This document shows, piece by piece, positions 10,469-20,281 of a stretch of DNA of 64,000 nt. Numbering within the stretch: the first letter of the stretch is position 1; each line of letters starts with the position of its first letter. The DNA lies in assembly GCA_019689555.1 (NCBI GenBank), contig JADGHE010000006.1:20182-84181 (forward strand), read 5' to 3'. The DNA is from Variibacter sp. GTDB taxonomy: Bacteria; Pseudomonadota; Alphaproteobacteria; Rhizobiales; Xanthobacteraceae. The position numbers and the translations under genes were made by a program. The notes beneath the pieces are model-generated. The model saw nothing but the letters and a program-made list of their open reading frames with translations, was not told where the DNA came from and ran no database searches.

Positions 10469-12865
10469 ATGAAGCCGAACCTGCCCGATCCAACCCAGAC
10501 AAAAGCTGAGGCCGTTCGCACAGTGAACTACCGCTTCATCGGCAAGTCCCTGCCGCGCTCCGAAGACATCCGCCTCATCCAGGGGCGGGGCCGTTACACC
10601 GCGGACCTTGCGCCGCCCAGCGCGGCGCGCCTGTTCATGGTGCGCTCCCCCTATGCCGCCGCGCGCATCGTATCGATCGACGCGAGCGCCGCGCGCGCCA
10701 TGCCCGGCGTGCTTCTGGTCCTGACCGGCGACAGCCCGGAGGTCGCGTCGCTCGGCACGTTCACCTCGAAGCTGAGGCGCAAGACGCCCGACGGAAAACC
10801 CAATTTCGAGCCGCCCTACCGCACGCTCGCCCGCGACCGCGTGCAGTTCGTCGGCGATCCCGTCGCCGCGATCATTGCGGAGACGCTCGATCAGGCGAAG
10901 GACGCCGCCGAGGCGCTGCGCATCGAATGGGAGCCGCTGCCGGCGATCACCGAGACCAAGCGCGCCCTGGACCCCGACGCCCCGCAGGTGTGGCCCGAGG
11001 CGCCCCGCAACATCTGTTTCGTCTTCGAGGCCGGCGACGAAGCCGCCGTCAACGCCGCCTTCGCCAAGGCCAAACACACCGTATCGGTCACCTATGACAT
11101 CAGCCGCGTGACCGCCGCGCCGATGGAGACGCGCGCCGCGCTCGCCTTTTACGATTCGGCCGCCGAGGCCTGGACGCTTTACGCGCCGGTGCAGAACCCG
11201 CATGCGGTGCGCGAGGAAGCGGCGGACAAGGTGCTCCGCATCGCGGGGAACCGGCTGCGCGTGATTTCCCCCGATGTCGGCGGCGGCTTCGGCCTCAAGG
11301 AGGTTCCCGGCCCGGAATCCATTCTGGCGCTCGTGGGCGCGCGCCTCATCGACCGGCCGGTCTTGTGGGTCGCCGAGCGCTCGGAGGCCTTTGCCAGCGA
11401 TTTCCACGCCCGCGACAACCACTCGACCGCGACCCTCGCCCTCGACGCCGAAGGCCGTTTTCTCGCTCTGCGCGTCGATACGATTGCCAATATCGGGGCC
11501 TATATCTCCCTCAACGGTCTCAACTCCTCGACGAACAATCTCGGCGGGCTCTCCGGCGTCTATCGCACGCCGGCGATCTTCACGCGCGTGACCGGCGTCT
11601 TCACCAACACCCAGCCGACCGCGCCCTACCGCGGCGCGGGCCGACCCGAGGCCACCTACGCCATCGAGCGCGTCATCGACGTGGCGGCGCGGCGTCTCGG
11701 AATGGATCCGGTGGAGCTGCGGCGGAAAAACATGATCGCGCCGTCGCAGATGCCCTACGATACCGGATTCATTTTTACCTACGATTCCGGCGAGTTCGAA
11801 CGCAACATGGACGACGCGCTCGCGCTCGGCGACTGGGCGGGTTTTCCGCAGCGGCGCAAGGAGGCCGCCGCCCGCGGCAAGCTGCGAGGCATCGGCCTCT
11901 CCAACCCGATCGAGATTTCCGCCGGTCCCGTCACCGGAACGCTCTCGGAAAGCGCGGAGATCCGCTTCGACTCGACCGGCAGCGTCACCGTCACCATCGG
12001 CACCCACTCGCACGGCCAGGGCCACGAGACGAGCTTCGCGCAGATCGTCGCCGACCTGCTCGGCCTCGAACCGGAGCACGTCAAGGTCCGCTACGGCGAC
12101 ACGGAGCTGATCGAGCACGGCACGGGATCGTTCGGCAGCCGCTCCGCCGTGGCGGGCAGCGTCGTGCTCATCAAGACGGCCGACCGCATCATCGCCCGCG
12201 CAAAGCGCATTGCGGCCGCGCATCTCGAGGCGTCGCCCGACGACATAACCTTCGAGGACGGGATTTTCCGCGTTGTCGGCACCGACAAGCAGGTGGGGCT
12301 GCGCGAGGTCGCGCGGCTCGCCTACACGCTGCGCCCATCGGAGCTCGACGGAGAGCACGGCCTTGCCGCCAAGATGATGGTGGCGCCGGCGCGCCCGACC
12401 TTCCCCAACGGCTGTCACATCTGCGAGGTCGAGATCGACCCCGAAACCGGCGCCTGCGCGATCGTCCGTTATTCCGTCGTGGACGATGTGGGCCGCATCA
12501 TCAATCCGATGCTCGTCGAAGGGCAGATTCACGGCGGCGTGGTGCAGGGGCTTGGCCAGATGCTGTTCGAGGCAATCGTCTATGACGATGGCGGGCAGCT
12601 CCTGACCGGCTCGTTCATGGACTATGCGATGCCGCGCGCCCGCCACTGCCCGAGCTTCGCGTGCCACAACAACGAGGTGCTGACGCCGGTCAATCCGCTC
12701 GGGGTCAAAGGCGCGGGCGAGGCCGGCACGGTCGGCGCGCTCGCGGCGGTCGCCAACGCGGTGGCCGATGCGCTCTCCCCGCTCGGGATCGAGCACGTCG
12801 ACATGCCGTTCACCCCGGAGCGAATCTGGCGCGCCATCCGCGACGCGCGACGGGCGGCGCCGTAA
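10469..12865 (+). CDS. Molybdopterin-binding large subunit of the xanthine dehydrogenase/CO dehydrogenase family (form-II CoxL-like)
   Basis: 798 aa. N-terminal IGKSLPRSEDIRLIQGRGRYTAD. Motif APYRGAGR at 11621..11644 matches the form-II AYRGAGR type rather than the form-I VAYRCSFR type. GAAGG RBS upstream. Confidence 0.85.
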   Translation: MKPNLPDPTQTKAEAVRTVNYRFIGKSLPRSEDIRLIQGRGRYTADLAPPSAARLFMVRSPYAAARIVSIDASAARAMPGVLLVLTGDSPEVASLGTFTSKLRRKTPDGKPNFEPPYRTLARDRVQFVGDPVAAIIAETLDQAKDAAEALRIEWEPLPAITETKRALDPDAPQVWPEAPRNICFVFEAGDEAAVNAAFAKAKHTVSVTYDISRVTAAPMETRAALAFYDSAAEAWTLYAPVQNPHAVREEAADKVLRIAGNRLRVISPDVGGGFGLKEVPGPESILALVGARLIDRPVLWVAERSEAFASDFHARDNHSTATLALDAEGRFLALRVDTIANIGAYISLNGLNSSTNNLGGLSGVYRTPAIFTRVTGVFTNTQPTAPYRGAGRPEATYAIERVIDVAARRLGMDPVELRRKNMIAPSQMPYDTGFIFTYDSGEFERNMDDALALGDWAGFPQRRKEAAARGKLRGIGLSNPIEISAGPVTGTLSESAEIRFDSTGSVTVTIGTHSHGQGHETSFAQIVADLLGLEPEHVKVRYGDTELIEHGTGSFGSRSAVAGSVVLIKTADRIIARAKRIAAAHLEASPDDITFEDGIFRVVGTDKQVGLREVARLAYTLRPSELDGEHGLAAKMMVAPARPTFPNGCHICEVEIDPETGACAIVRYSVVDDVGRIINPMLVEGQIHGGVVQGLGQMLFEAIVYDDGGQLLTGSFMDYAMPRARHCPSFACHNNEVLTPVNPLGVKGAGEAGTVGALAAVANAVADALSPLGIEHVDMPFTPERIWRAIRDARRAAP

Positions 12866-13092
12866 CCGGCCGCCCAAGCTGGTCCGGCCGCTCTGCGGCC
12901 GGGCGGCACTGCGATCGCGCGTTGCGCCGCCGGGCGAAGCCGCGCCCCTGCGGACGCCCTCTCGCCTTGTCCGCTCGCGCGGCGACCCGCGCGCACCGCG
13001 GCTCCCCGTGTGGTCCGCGGCGCCGAACCGGCCGCGTCTCGGCGCCCACGCTTCCCGGGCCGGCGAGCGGCCGCAGCTTCAATGAGTTTCGG

Positions 13093-13398
13093 TCAGTGGG
13101 TCCAGGGCGTTCGGCGGCCGAAGCCGAAATTGTCCGCGTAGGCGATCACCCGCCGCTTCGGCTCCTTGGGCTCCATGACCTGATAGGGAATGCCGTAGCG
13201 CTCGCAGTAGGCGACGGCATCTTCCCGCGTCTCGAACCGCAGCTTGACCTGTTGTTTCATATCCGCGGAGCTTGTCCAGCCCATCAGCGGCTCGATCATA
13301 CGCGGGTGATCGGGCTCGAACTCGAGCACCCAATCCTTCGTTTTCGCAGTACCGGACTGCATCGCCGTCTTGGCGGGCTTGTAGATGCGAGCTGTCAT
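13093..13398 (-). CDS. ETC complex I subunit conserved-region protein (NDUFS4/18-kDa homologue)
   Basis: 101 aa. MTARIYKPAKTAMQSGTAKTKDWVLEFEP...MGWTSSADM...F.T.EDAVAYCERYGIPY is the NDUFS4-type pattern. Confidence 0.85.
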   Translation of the reverse strand: MTARIYKPAKTAMQSGTAKTKDWVLEFEPDHPRMIEPLMGWTSSADMKQQVKLRFETREDAVAYCERYGIPYQVMEPKEPKRRVIAYADNFGFGRRTPWTH

Positions 13399-13434
13399 CG
13401 AATCGACGGTCTCTTCGTGCCTGGCCGTTCGGAC

Positions 13435-13511
13435 TGGTCGGGGCAGCAGGATTCGAACCTGCGACCTGGAGTACCCAAAACTCCCGCGCTACCAGACTGC
13501 GCTATGCCCCG
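13435..13511 (-). tRNA. tRNA-Pro (anticodon UGG)
   Basis: The reverse complement folds as a cloverleaf. Acceptor stem CGGGGCA/TGCCCCG, anticodon stem GGAGT/ACTCC with loop TTTGGGT, T-loop GGTTCGAATCC, encoded CCA. Confidence 0.95.
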
Positions 13512-13732
13512 GCTCGCGTCCTGCGTCGGCATTCTGGTGGTCGGGCGGCCGCACGGCGGCGCCCGCATGGATCGCCCCGTCGATACACGCTTCCGTGTGG
13601 CCCAGCAACCGCGTTCCCGGCCAGAAGGGTGGCGGGCTTCCCCCCGCCTTCTCCACCGGGCTCGTGCCCCTCGGGCGACGACGGTCATGACCGGGGCCGG
13701 GGTTCGGGAGACAGGATCGACCCGATCTCGGC

Positions 13733-14338
13733 TCAGTGCGAGGACGGCCCGCGCGGGCCGCCATCCGGGTGCACTTCGGCCGCCATGAGCCCCTTGGGAC
13801 CCGGCCCGTAGCGGACCAGAACGGTCTGCCCCGGCCGCAGTTCCGTGATGCCGTAGCGGCGCAGCGTCTCCATGTGGACGAAGATGTCCGGCGTGCCTTC
13901 GCCGCGCGTCAGGAACCCGAAGCCGCGCAGCCGATTGAACCACTTCACCTGCGCGCGCTCGAGACCGCTCGTCGGGGCGATGGTGACGTGGGTTCGCGCC
14001 GGCGGGAGCTGGGCCGGATGCACGGCCGTCGATTCGTCCATCGAGAGAATGCGAAAGGCCTGCAGCCCCTTCGGGCGCTGGAGCACCTCGCAGACCACGC
14101 GCGCGCCCTCATACGCCGTCTGATACCCGTCGCGCCGCAGGCACGTCACGTGCAGCAGCACGTCAGGCAGTCCATTGTCCGGGACAATGAAGCCGAAGCC
14201 CTTGGCAACGTCGAACCATTTGATCACGCCGGTGAGCTCGAGGAGGCTCGCCGTAGACTGTTCAAGGAGCTCCCCAGCCTTCTCAGGTCCGGCCGAAATA
14301 TCCAAGCCGGGCCCTTTTGGCCCCAGACCCGACGCCAT
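13733..14338 (-). CDS. Cold-shock protein with two tandem cold-shock domains
   Basis: Two CSD RNP motifs (KWFDVAKGFGFIVPD and KWFNRLRGFGFLTRG). The ATG at 14338 is chosen; the ORF extends to 14476, but that part looks like a 5' leader. Confidence 0.8.
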   Translation of the reverse strand: MASGLGPKGPGLDISAGPEKAGELLEQSTASLLELTGVIKWFDVAKGFGFIVPDNGLPDVLLHVTCLRRDGYQTAYEGARVVCEVLQRPKGLQAFRILSMDESTAVHPAQLPPARTHVTIAPTSGLERAQVKWFNRLRGFGFLTRGEGTPDIFVHMETLRRYGITELRPGQTVLVRYGPGPKGLMAAEVHPDGGPRGPSSH

Positions 14339-14488
14339 GACGTGGTACGCCGCCGCTTTGCTTGGCGCCTCTTGCGGGCGCTTCAAAGAATCATCCGTAG
14401 CGAAGATAACATCGCGAACCAGCGTGGAAAGAAGAAAATGCGTCCGCGGGACGTACTTTCGCCCGCGCCTGTGCACAACTGCAACAGT

Positions 14489-15250
14489 TCAGCGCTCGGC
14501 GAACGGCGCGAGCACCGTTCCGATATCCTGGCGCACGACGAGATCGGCCACAGCGTCGAATTCGGTCGGCTCGCGGTTGATGATGACGAGCCGCGCCCCG
14601 TTCTGCTTTGCGAGCAGCGGCAAGCCCGCGGCGGGCCAAACGACCAGAGACGAGCCGATCGCCAGGAACAGGTCGCAGGCCCGCGTCCACTCCTCGGCCC
14701 GGCGCATGGCGATCTCGGGCATGGCCTGACCGAACGAGACCGTGGCGGTCTTGATGAAGCCGCCGCATGCGCAGGTGGGCGCCCGCGCGTTCTCCGCGGC
14801 GAAGCGTTCGCGCACCCAGTCGATCTCGTAGCGCTGCCCGCAGTCGAGGCAGGTCGCGTAGGTCGTGTTGCCGTGCAGCTCGATGACGTCCTCGGGCGGG
14901 ATGCCGGAAGCCTGATGGAGGTTGTCGATGTTCTGCGTGATGACGCCGCGCGCCTTGCCGGCGCGATGCAGGGCGGCGAGCGCGCGATGGCCGCGGCCGG
15001 GACGCGCCTTGCGGAAGTGCTCCTCCATCGCGAAGCGCCGCCGCCAGGATTCGATGCGCATCTCCTCGCTCGCGAGAAACGCATCGAAGGAAATGGGCGC
15101 CATCTTCGTCCAGATGCCGCCGGGCGAACGAAAATCCGGAATGCCGCATTCGGTCGAAATGCCGGCGCCCGTGAACGGCACGATCATCGCGGCCTCGTCG
15201 AACATGCGCCGCAGAGACTCGATGGCGGTTTCGAGATCGGGAGCGATCAT
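14489..15250 (-). CDS. cobB: NAD-dependent protein deacylase, Sir2/CobB family
   Basis: FTGAGISTECGIPDFRS, ELHGN, and a Zn ribbon (CLDCG...CACGG). Start ATG 15250 (253 aa) is preferred; the alternative is ATG 15322. Confidence 0.85.
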   Translation of the reverse strand: MIAPDLETAIESLRRMFDEAAMIVPFTGAGISTECGIPDFRSPGGIWTKMAPISFDAFLASEEMRIESWRRRFAMEEHFRKARPGRGHRALAALHRAGKARGVITQNIDNLHQASGIPPEDVIELHGNTTYATCLDCGQRYEIDWVRERFAAENARAPTCACGGFIKTATVSFGQAMPEIAMRRAEEWTRACDLFLAIGSSLVVWPAAGLPLLAKQNGARLVIINREPTEFDAVADLVVRQDIGTVLAPFAER

Positions 15251-15540
15251 GTCCTGCCCCGCAAGGCTGACGCCCGGCGACAAAGCGGGTCGTGACGAGG
15301 CTGCGACGATTGCGCAGGCCATGCACGCCCTCGTGCGCGGTCAGATCCTCGCTGCGCGCGGTTCGCAATCGCCGGGCCCGGCCGCGCTGAAATATCGTGC
15401 TTCCGCCGCGCGTTTCAAACGGGGTGATCTTGACCCCGAAACAGGCTCTGCTTGCGACGTCCACCCGGGGCTAGCCTCCCGCGTCCGACAGCTTTTCGCC
15501 GGAGGCATATTTCCATGCGTGGCGCGCTCGACTCCGCCCT

Positions 15541-15903
15541 TCACGCCGACTTGCGCGCAGCCCTCTTGGCCGACGCTTTCCGCGTCGCGGTCGAAGGCTC
15601 GATCAGGAAATCCTCGAGCTTTTTCCCGGCCTTCAGCGCTTCGCGCAGCCACACCGGCTGGGCGCCGCGACCCGCCCAAGTATTGCCGTGCTCGTCGCGG
15701 TATTTTGGCGGAACCCTTTTTCCCTTTCGCGGATGCGGTTTCCGCCTGGCGCGACCGGGCGTCGCCTCCCACGCACGCCCCTCGAGCCTTTGCAGCTGCT
15801 TTTTCAGCTCTTCCGTCTTTCGGGCGAGCATCGCCGTCACATCTTCTTTCAACTTTAAAAGGGCGTCGATGGACATTGACGCCAAGTTTAGCCCCTTCGC
15901 CAT
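15541..15903 (-). CDS. H-NS family nucleoid-associated protein
   Basis: N-terminal coiled coil and a C-terminal PKYRDEHGNTWAGRGAQPVWL DNA-binding loop. AAGGAG lies 6 nt upstream of the ATG at 15903. The upstream region is relatively AT-rich. Confidence 0.8.
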   Translation of the reverse strand: MAKGLNLASMSIDALLKLKEDVTAMLARKTEELKKQLQRLEGRAWEATPGRARRKPHPRKGKRVPPKYRDEHGNTWAGRGAQPVWLREALKAGKKLEDFLIEPSTATRKASAKRAARKSA

Positions 15904-16212
15904 GACACACTCCTTCTGATCAGATTGCCTTCATAGCTGCGTCTGGTGAAAAGGCAACCGCGCATAAAGTGCAAAGGTAGCGCTTTTTTGAATAGGTCGT
16001 TGCAAAGTCGCTCCCTGACAACCTGCGGGGTAAGTCGCAACAAATCAACGCGATTTCGGCCTGCAGCCGCGTGCGGCGGGAACGCAGTTTCGCGCCGGCG
16101 TCGGCTCGATCGGCGGATCGCTTTGCGGAGAAATCGGCTTTTCTGCTATCCCTGTGGCAAGGGCCTACGATGCGAAGCGAACCATTTCTTGGTTTCGACG
16201 AGGTAAAGAACC

Positions 16213-16668
16213 ATGCGTTATCTGCACACGATGCTGCGCGTTCGCGATCTCGACCAGGCGCTCGACTTTTTCTGCAACAAGCTGGGCCTGAAGGAGGTGC
16301 GGCGCTACGACGACCAAAAGGGGCGATATACGAACGTCTTCCTCGCCGCTCCGGGCGACGAGCCGCGGCTCGCCGAAAGCAAGCGCACGGGCCGCGAGGC
16401 CCCGGTGATCGAACTCACCTATAACTGGGATCCCGAAGATTACGGCGAAGCCCGGTATTTCGGCCACCTCGCCTTCGAGGTCGACGACATCTACGCGGTC
16501 TGCGAACGGCTGATGAAGGCGGGCGTGACCATCAACCGGCCCCCGCGCGACGGCCGCATGGCCTTCGTGCGCTCGCCCGACAGGCAGTCCATCGAGCTCC
16601 TGCAGAAGGGCGATGCGCTGCCGCCGCGCGAGCCCTGGGTCTCGATGCCGAATACCGGCCATTGGTAA
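16213..16668 (+). CDS. gloA: Lactoylglutathione lyase (glyoxalase I)
   Basis: 151 aa. [31 protein letters not shown]... and [10 protein letters not shown] are the typical GloA pattern. Confidence 0.9.
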   Translation: MRYLHTMLRVRDLDQALDFFCNKLGLKEVRRYDDQKGRYTNVFLAAPGDEPRLAESKRTGREAPVIELTYNWDPEDYGEARYFGHLAFEVDDIYAVCERLMKAGVTINRPPRDGRMAFVRSPDRQSIELLQKGDALPPREPWVSMPNTGHW

Positions 16669-16767
16669 TAGTCGCGGGCGCCGCGCGTGTCGCGCTTGCC
16701 GCCCTTCGCAAAGCCTTTTATATGTCGCCGCGCCTTGCGCCTCCCCTGAATGCGGCGGCGCCGGTGC

Positions 16768-16843
16768 GCGCCCTTCGTCTAGAGGCCCAGGACGCCGCCC
16801 TTTCACGGCGGAAACACGGGTTCGATTCCCGTAGGGCGCGCCA
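16768..16843 (+). tRNA. tRNA-Glu (anticodon UUC)
   Basis: Acceptor stem GCGCCCT/AGGGCGC, anticodon stem CCGCC/GGCGG with loop CTTTCAC, T-loop GGTTCGATTCC, encoded CCA. Confidence 0.95.
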
Positions 16844-16967
16844 TGCGGCCTCGTGACGAGGCGCCTCCGTCAGGCGCGTCGGCGGCGCGGTTGCCTTGCC
16901 GCAACGAATCCCATTTTCTGTGCCTGCTTCGCGCATCAGCCGATTTCCGGCTTTCGAGGGCTCGCCG

Positions 16968-18200
16968 ATGCACGCTGCCAGCCGCCGCGACGCGATGCTT
17001 GGCGGTCTTGCCTTCGCGGCCGCGATCCTTGCCGGCGCGGGCGAGGCTTTTTCGCGTCCTTCCTTTCCCGAATGGGTCAACGCCTTCCGGGCCCGCGCGC
17101 TCGCGCGCGGCGTCTCCGCCCGAACCTATGAGCGCGTGATGGCCGGGCTGCAGCCCGACACCTCCGTCTACGCGCTCGATCGCGCGCAGCCCGAGTTCAA
17201 CGAGGAGCTGTGGCAATATCTCAACCGGCGTGTGTCCGAGTGGCGCGTGCGCGCCGGCCGGGAGGCGGCTCGCACTCATGCCGCCCTGCTGTCGCGCATC
17301 GAGCACGATTTCGGCGTGGACCGCTACGTGATGCTGGGCCTGTGGGGCATGGAATCGGCCTTCGGCGAAGTGGTCGAGAACATGAACCACATGCGCCCGG
17401 TTCTCCCGGCCCTTGCGGCTCTCGCCTGGGGCGAGCCGCGGCGGCGCCGCTATTGGGAGCAGGAGCTGCTCAACGCCCTCGTGATCGTCGAGCGCGGTTG
17501 GGCGGAGCCTGAGCAGATGATCGGCTCCTGGGCCGGCGCCATGGGGCATACGCAGTGGATGCCCGAAGTCTGGCTCAGCATGGGCGTCGACTACGACCGC
17601 GACGGGCGCGTTTCCCCGTTCGGCCGCCCCAACGACGCCCTCGCCGGAACGGCGCGCTACCTCGTCAAGCGCGGCAACTACCAGCGCGGACAGGCCTGGG
17701 GCCTGGAAGTGCGACTGCCGGCGGGGTTCAAGACGCATCTCGCCGACGGCGCCACCTGGCGCCCGATCGAGGCCTGGCGGAGACTCGGCGTCAGCCCGGC
17801 GAAAGGCGGCGAATTCCCTCCTCTCGGAGTTCGCGCGCGGCTGTGGCTTCCGGTCGAAGGCGGGCCGGCCTTCCTTTTGGGGCAGAACTTCTTCGCCGTG
17901 CGCTCGTACAATCCGTCGTTCAACTACACGCTCGCGATCGTGCATCTCGGCGACAGGATCCGCGGCGAGGGAGATTTCGTGCAGAAGTTTCCCGGCAGCG
18001 AACGCGCGCTCACGCTCGCCGAAATTCAGGAGGTCCAGCGCCGGCTCACCGCGCTCGGATTCGACACCGGCGGAACCGACGGCCGCGTGGGGCGCGAGAC
18101 GATGCGCGCGGTCCGCGCCTTCCAGCGCAAGGCCGGCCTGTCGCGGACAGACGGCTACGCCGGCCTCGAAGTGCTGCACCGCCTGCGCCAGGGCCCGTGA
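16968..18200 (+). CDS. Lytic murein transglycosylase with C-terminal peptidoglycan-binding domain
   Basis: ATG 16968 gives MHAASRRDAMLGGLAFAAAILAGAGEAFS, a signal peptide. MltB-type motifs (LGLWGMESAFG, GAMGHTQWMP) and a PG-binding repeat (VQRRLTALGFDTGGTDGRVGRETMRAVRAFQ) are present. Confidence 0.85.
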   Translation: MHAASRRDAMLGGLAFAAAILAGAGEAFSRPSFPEWVNAFRARALARGVSARTYERVMAGLQPDTSVYALDRAQPEFNEELWQYLNRRVSEWRVRAGREAARTHAALLSRIEHDFGVDRYVMLGLWGMESAFGEVVENMNHMRPVLPALAALAWGEPRRRRYWEQELLNALVIVERGWAEPEQMIGSWAGAMGHTQWMPEVWLSMGVDYDRDGRVSPFGRPNDALAGTARYLVKRGNYQRGQAWGLEVRLPAGFKTHLADGATWRPIEAWRRLGVSPAKGGEFPPLGVRARLWLPVEGGPAFLLGQNFFAVRSYNPSFNYTLAIVHLGDRIRGEGDFVQKFPGSERALTLAEIQEVQRRLTALGFDTGGTDGRVGRETMRAVRAFQRKAGLSRTDGYAGLEVLHRLRQGP

Positions 18201-18214
18201 TCTTCGGCGCGGGT

Positions 18215-20044
18215 TCAGTTCGCCGCCGGCGCGAGATCGCAGATGCGGATCGAGACCCGTTCGGCGCCTTGCCAGCGGTCGATCGCAAGACTTCCAGCGA
18301 CATGCGCCGGGCGCCCGCGATGCTCCAGCAGCGCCCGCCCCAGCGGCTGGCCGACGGCGCGAAAGGCGACGCCCTGAATCGTCGCGCCGTCGCGCGCGCG
18401 CAGGCGCACGCGCACATGGCCGCCCGCGACCTCCTCGGCATAGGCGATGGTGTGCCCCGGCAGCGCAAAAACGGGCTCGGCATTTCCCGAACCGTAGGGC
18501 CCGGCGCGGTTGACCAGCGTCACGAGCTCACCGGTCGCCGCCGCAGCGGCGAGCGCGCCGTCGATCGCGAGCGCATCGTTGCGCCGCGCGATCTCGACCG
18601 CCGGCCCGAGCCGCGACTCCACGAAGGCGCGAAAGGCCGCGAGGCGATCGCGCCTCACCGTTATGCCGGCCGCCATGGCGTGGCCGCCGCCTTTCAGCAG
18701 CAGGCCCTCGGCGACCGCCTCGCGCACCGCATGCCCGAGATCGGCGCCGACGATCGAGCGGCCGGACCCGGTTCCCACGCCGTCGACGCCGAACGCGATG
18801 GCGAAGGCCGGTCGGCCGAATCGTTCCTTCAGCCGCGCGGCGACGAGGCCGACCACGCCCGGATGCCACCCCTCCCCCGCGGTCACGACGACCGCGCTCT
18901 TCTCCGCGCGTCCGAGCGCCGCTTCCGCCTCCGCTTCGGCTTCCGCCAGGGTCGTCTGCTCGATGGCGCGGCGTTCGGCGTTGAGGCGGTCCAGCTCGGC
19001 GGCGATCGCGCCCGCGCGCGCGGGATCGTCCTCGAGCAGCAGCAGCGTACCGAGATCGGCTCTGCCGATGCGCCCGCCGGCATTGATGCGCGGACCGAGG
19101 AGGAAGCCGAGGTGCCACGGCTCGGGAGGGCCGGCGAGCCGCGCCACGTCCATCAGTGCGGTGAGACCGACGTTCTGCCGACGCCGCATCGCAAGCAGGC
19201 CCTTGGCGACGAAGGCGCGGTTGAGCCCGACGAGCGGCGCCACGTCCGCCACCGTGCCCAGCGCCACGAGATCGAGCAGGCCCAGCAGATCGGGCTCGCG
19301 GCGCGGCGCGGTCCAGAAGCCGCGGCGGCGCAGTTCACGATTGACGGCGACGGTCGCCAGAAACACGAGCCCCACCGCCGCCAGCGCGTTGAGCTGCGAA
19401 AGGTCGTCGAGGCGGTTCGGGTTGACGACGGCGACCGCCGGCGGAAGCTGTTCGTCCGCCTGGTGGTGGTCGATCACGATCGTGTCCATGCCGCGCGCCG
19501 CGGCCCGCGCGAGCGCGTCGGGACTCGTGGTTCCGCAATCGACAGTGATCAGCAGCGTCGCGCCGCGATCGGCCAGCGCGTCGACGGCGGCGATGTTGGG
19601 GCCATAGCCCTCGAACAGCCGGTCGGGGATGTGGATCAGAGGCTCCAAGCCCACCCAGCGCAAATAGCGGGCGAGGACCGCCGCGGAGGTGGCGCCGTCC
19701 ACATCGTAGTCGCCGAAAATCGCGATCGTCTCGCGACGCTCGATGGCGTCGGCAAGGCGCAGCGTCGCCTTCTCCATGTCGGCGAGCACGTAGGGGTCCG
19801 GCATCAGCGCCCGGAGGCTGGGATCGAGATATTCGGGAACCGAATCGATCGCGACATTGCGGCCCGCGAGGATGCGCGCGAGCAGCTCCGGGACCCCGTG
19901 TTTCTGCGTGATCGACAGCGCCTGCGCGACCCCGCGTTCGTCGAGCCGGTCCCGCCACATGCGGCCGCAGACGGAGCGTTCGACGCCGAGAAAGGGACGC
20001 GGCCTCGGCGAGCCTCCGCCGGCCGCCACCGCCATCACCGACAT
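18215..20044 (-). CDS. recJ: Single-stranded-DNA-specific exonuclease RecJ
   Basis: 609 aa. DHH family motifs (IFGDYDVDGATS, ITVDCG, IVIDHHQ) and DHHA1 (KGGGHAMAAG). Confidence 0.95.
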   Translation of the reverse strand: MSVMAVAAGGGSPRPRPFLGVERSVCGRMWRDRLDERGVAQALSITQKHGVPELLARILAGRNVAIDSVPEYLDPSLRALMPDPYVLADMEKATLRLADAIERRETIAIFGDYDVDGATSAAVLARYLRWVGLEPLIHIPDRLFEGYGPNIAAVDALADRGATLLITVDCGTTSPDALARAAARGMDTIVIDHHQADEQLPPAVAVVNPNRLDDLSQLNALAAVGLVFLATVAVNRELRRRGFWTAPRREPDLLGLLDLVALGTVADVAPLVGLNRAFVAKGLLAMRRRQNVGLTALMDVARLAGPPEPWHLGFLLGPRINAGGRIGRADLGTLLLLEDDPARAGAIAAELDRLNAERRAIEQTTLAEAEAEAEAALGRAEKSAVVVTAGEGWHPGVVGLVAARLKERFGRPAFAIAFGVDGVGTGSGRSIVGADLGHAVREAVAEGLLLKGGGHAMAAGITVRRDRLAAFRAFVESRLGPAVEIARRNDALAIDGALAAAAATGELVTLVNRAGPYGSGNAEPVFALPGHTIAYAEEVAGGHVRVRLRARDGATIQGVAFRAVGQPLGRALLEHRGRPAHVAGSLAIDRWQGAERVSIRICDLAPAAN

Positions 20045-20281
20045 GCCACGCCTCGCAAAGGCGAATCAGAAATTTCTGCGATAGTGGATGAAGCTCGCGC
20101 TTGCGGCCACACAGTGGCCTGGAGATGGCGGGCGCTGCCTGCGTGGATAAGCCGGCAGGCGCGGAGAGCGTCACGTGAGCGGAAATCACGCGATTTTCCG
20201 TGTCCCGGATGCATTGCAGAACCTGCGCGCAGCGCAGCGCCGCGCGCGGGACACGTCGTCGACACTCAAACAGAACCCGCT

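Noticed and set aside
14489-15322. Sir2-domain gene as a possible anti-phage SIR2 effector
   Set aside because: It has the compact CobB-type architecture (Rossmann fold plus Zn ribbon, ~250 aa) with no fused sensor/effector domains and no partner defence genes. Its neighbours are housekeeping genes.
15904-16212. AT-richer 309-nt region plus an H-NS-like gene as a sign of a horizontally acquired island
   Set aside because: The flanking genes (cobB, gloA, tRNA-Glu, lytic transglycosylase) are ordinary core genes with the same GC-rich composition. The AT-richer stretch is adequately explained as a divergent promoter region.
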